A stretch of 64,000 bases of DNA from the human T2T-CHM13v2.0 reference genome, Homo sapiens, in assembly GCF_009914755.1 (NCBI RefSeq), contig NC_060926.1, one strand, 5' to 3'. The notes below the pieces were generated by a model. That model was not told the DNA's origin. It was given only the letters and a program-made list of their open reading frames with translations, and ran no database searches. The translations under genes were made by a program, and so were the position numbers. Position 1 is the stretch's first letter, and each line of letters starts with the position of its first letter. This document shows positions 62,119 through 64,000 of this stretch, in pieces.

Positions 62119-62569
62119 TGAAGACAAGATAAGATTAATGAGAAAAAGGAGTGAAAAATGCACTACAATGAGTAGAAGTTTAAGTACCTTCCCTGTGTGT
62201 TAAATTAGAATGTCAGAAATCAACTCATGGAAATAAAAATAAAGATAGAATTTGTAATAGAGCGTTACACCTCCGGACTTAAAAAATATCATTGTAGATT
62301 TCATGTTTTCATTGGCTAAATAAAGTGTTACAGCGATATTCTTTTTTTTTCATTTATTTGCTTCCTGATAGAAATTGGCCTTGGGATTTGCTTATGATTG
62401 TCATTTTAGGGTTTTCTTCATTAAAAATTAAAAGTCAAGGTTTTCTCTTGGCTACCAAAAAAACCTTTCACTTGATATTTAAATATATATTTAAATGTAT
62501 TTTCTTGTGTCCTTGCTGTCAATCATCATTCAGTTCTTACATTTTAACTCAATTTGTGTGTGCTTGTAT

Positions 62570-64000
62570 GTGTTTTGTTGTTAGTAAAATTTACATAACA
62601 TATAAATCACCATTTCAAAGTGTACAATTCATTGGAATTTGGTATATTCAAAAAGTTTCACAACTGTCCTGATCGATAAATTCAGTATATTTTCATCACT
62701 CCAGAAAGAACCCCTATTTGTATTAACAATATACTTCCAGTCCCACCTCCCACTAGCCACTGGGGACCACTAATCTATTCTCTGTTCCTATGGATTTGCC
62801 TGTTCCGACATTTCAACATAATGAAATCATACAATATGTGGCCTGTGGTGTCGAGCTTCTTTTACTGAGTATAATGTTTTCAAGGATCACTTATGTTCCA
62901 CTACATATCAGTACTGCATTAATTTTTCATACCAAATAATATTCCATCCTATGAATATACTACGTACTACTTATTTATAGTTGAACATTTGGATTGTTTC
63001 TTCTTTGTAGCTATTATGAGTAATGTAGCTATATACATTCATGTACAAGTTTTTGTGTGGACATATGTTTGTAGTACTCTTGGGTGTATATGTAGTAGTG
63101 AAATTGTTGGATCTTATGGTAATGATATGTTTATGATTTGAGGAAGTGTGAAACTGTTTTCCAAATAAGCAGCATCATTTTGTATTGCCACTCGCAATGT
63201 ATGAGGGTTCCAATTTCTCCACATCCTTGCCAACATTTGTTATTGTACTTCTTTTTAATTATAGCCATCCTAGTGGGTGTGAAGTGGTATCTCATCATGG
63301 CTTGATTTTGTTTCCCAGATGACTTGTAATGTTGAGCATCTTTTCACATGTTTATTGTCCATTTGCATATCTTCTTCGAAGGAATGCTTATGCAAATCGT
63401 TTGCCCATTTTTAAATTGGTTATTTGTCTTTTTATCTTTGAGTTGTAAGAGTTCTTTCCGTTACTGCCAATACCATTCCCTTATCAGACATATGATTCTT
63501 AAATATTTTCTGCTATTTTGTGGGTTGTCTTTTCACTCTGCTAATAGTGTAATTTACAGCATAAAAGTTTTAAATTTTAGTAAATCCAATTTATTTTTTT
63601 TCTCTTTTTACTTATACTTTTGGTTCTATATTTTAGAAAACATTGTCTAACAAAAGATAATGAAGGTTTCCTCCTGAGAATTTTATACTTTTGTCTCTGA
63701 CATGTACATCTTACCTTTGTTTTCTTCTAAGAATTTTGTATTTTTATCTCTGACATGTTCATCTTAAAGGTGTTTTGTGTTACTTTTTGTACAGTGTTAT
63801 GTAAGAGTTCCAACTTCATCTTTTTCATGTGAGTATCCAGTTATCTCAGCATTATTTGTTGAAAACAATATTTTTTCATGTTGAATTGTCTTTAAACACT
63901 TGTCTCAAAATAACCTGAACCAAACGTGTAAGGTGTTTTTTTTTTTTCTGTACTCTCAATTCTATTTTATCTATACTTTTATCTGTATGCCTGTACCATA
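62570..64000 (-). mobile_element. L1MB 3' end and ORF2, running off the window
   Basis: aaagtgtacaattca...ttttcatcactccagaaagaacccc...catcctagtgggtgtgaagtggtatctc. Confidence 0.85.

Overview
Primate, probably human, genomic DNA (AluY, AluS, AluJ and young L1PA copies). It is AT-rich and mostly interspersed repeats: old L1M/L1PB, young L1PA, MaLR/ERVL LTRs, Alus, MIR and L2. I find no intact protein-coding gene, RNA gene or CRISPR-like array, and nearly all supplied ORFs derive from L1, Alu or LTR sequence. The only gene-derived feature is a disabled KRAB-C2H2 zinc-finger retrocopy at about 12.74-16.2 kb (+), of the type found in the human 19q13.43 cluster (ZNF419/ZNF530/ZIK1/ZNF416-like). It looks semi-processed: intron 1 is retained and the later introns are spliced out. 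The other notable signals are scars of retrotransposition and repair: five 5'-inverted L1PA copies (two share an inversion breakpoint), a young internal L1 fragment with no tail or TSD, templated-insertion scars, microhomology tandem duplications, a perfect 20-bp hairpin and a candidate 10-nt microexon. I see no evidence for a new multi-gene system. Repeat subfamily calls are by eye from remembered consensus sequences and need RepeatMasker/Dfam confirmation. Boundaries of the old repeats are approximate.
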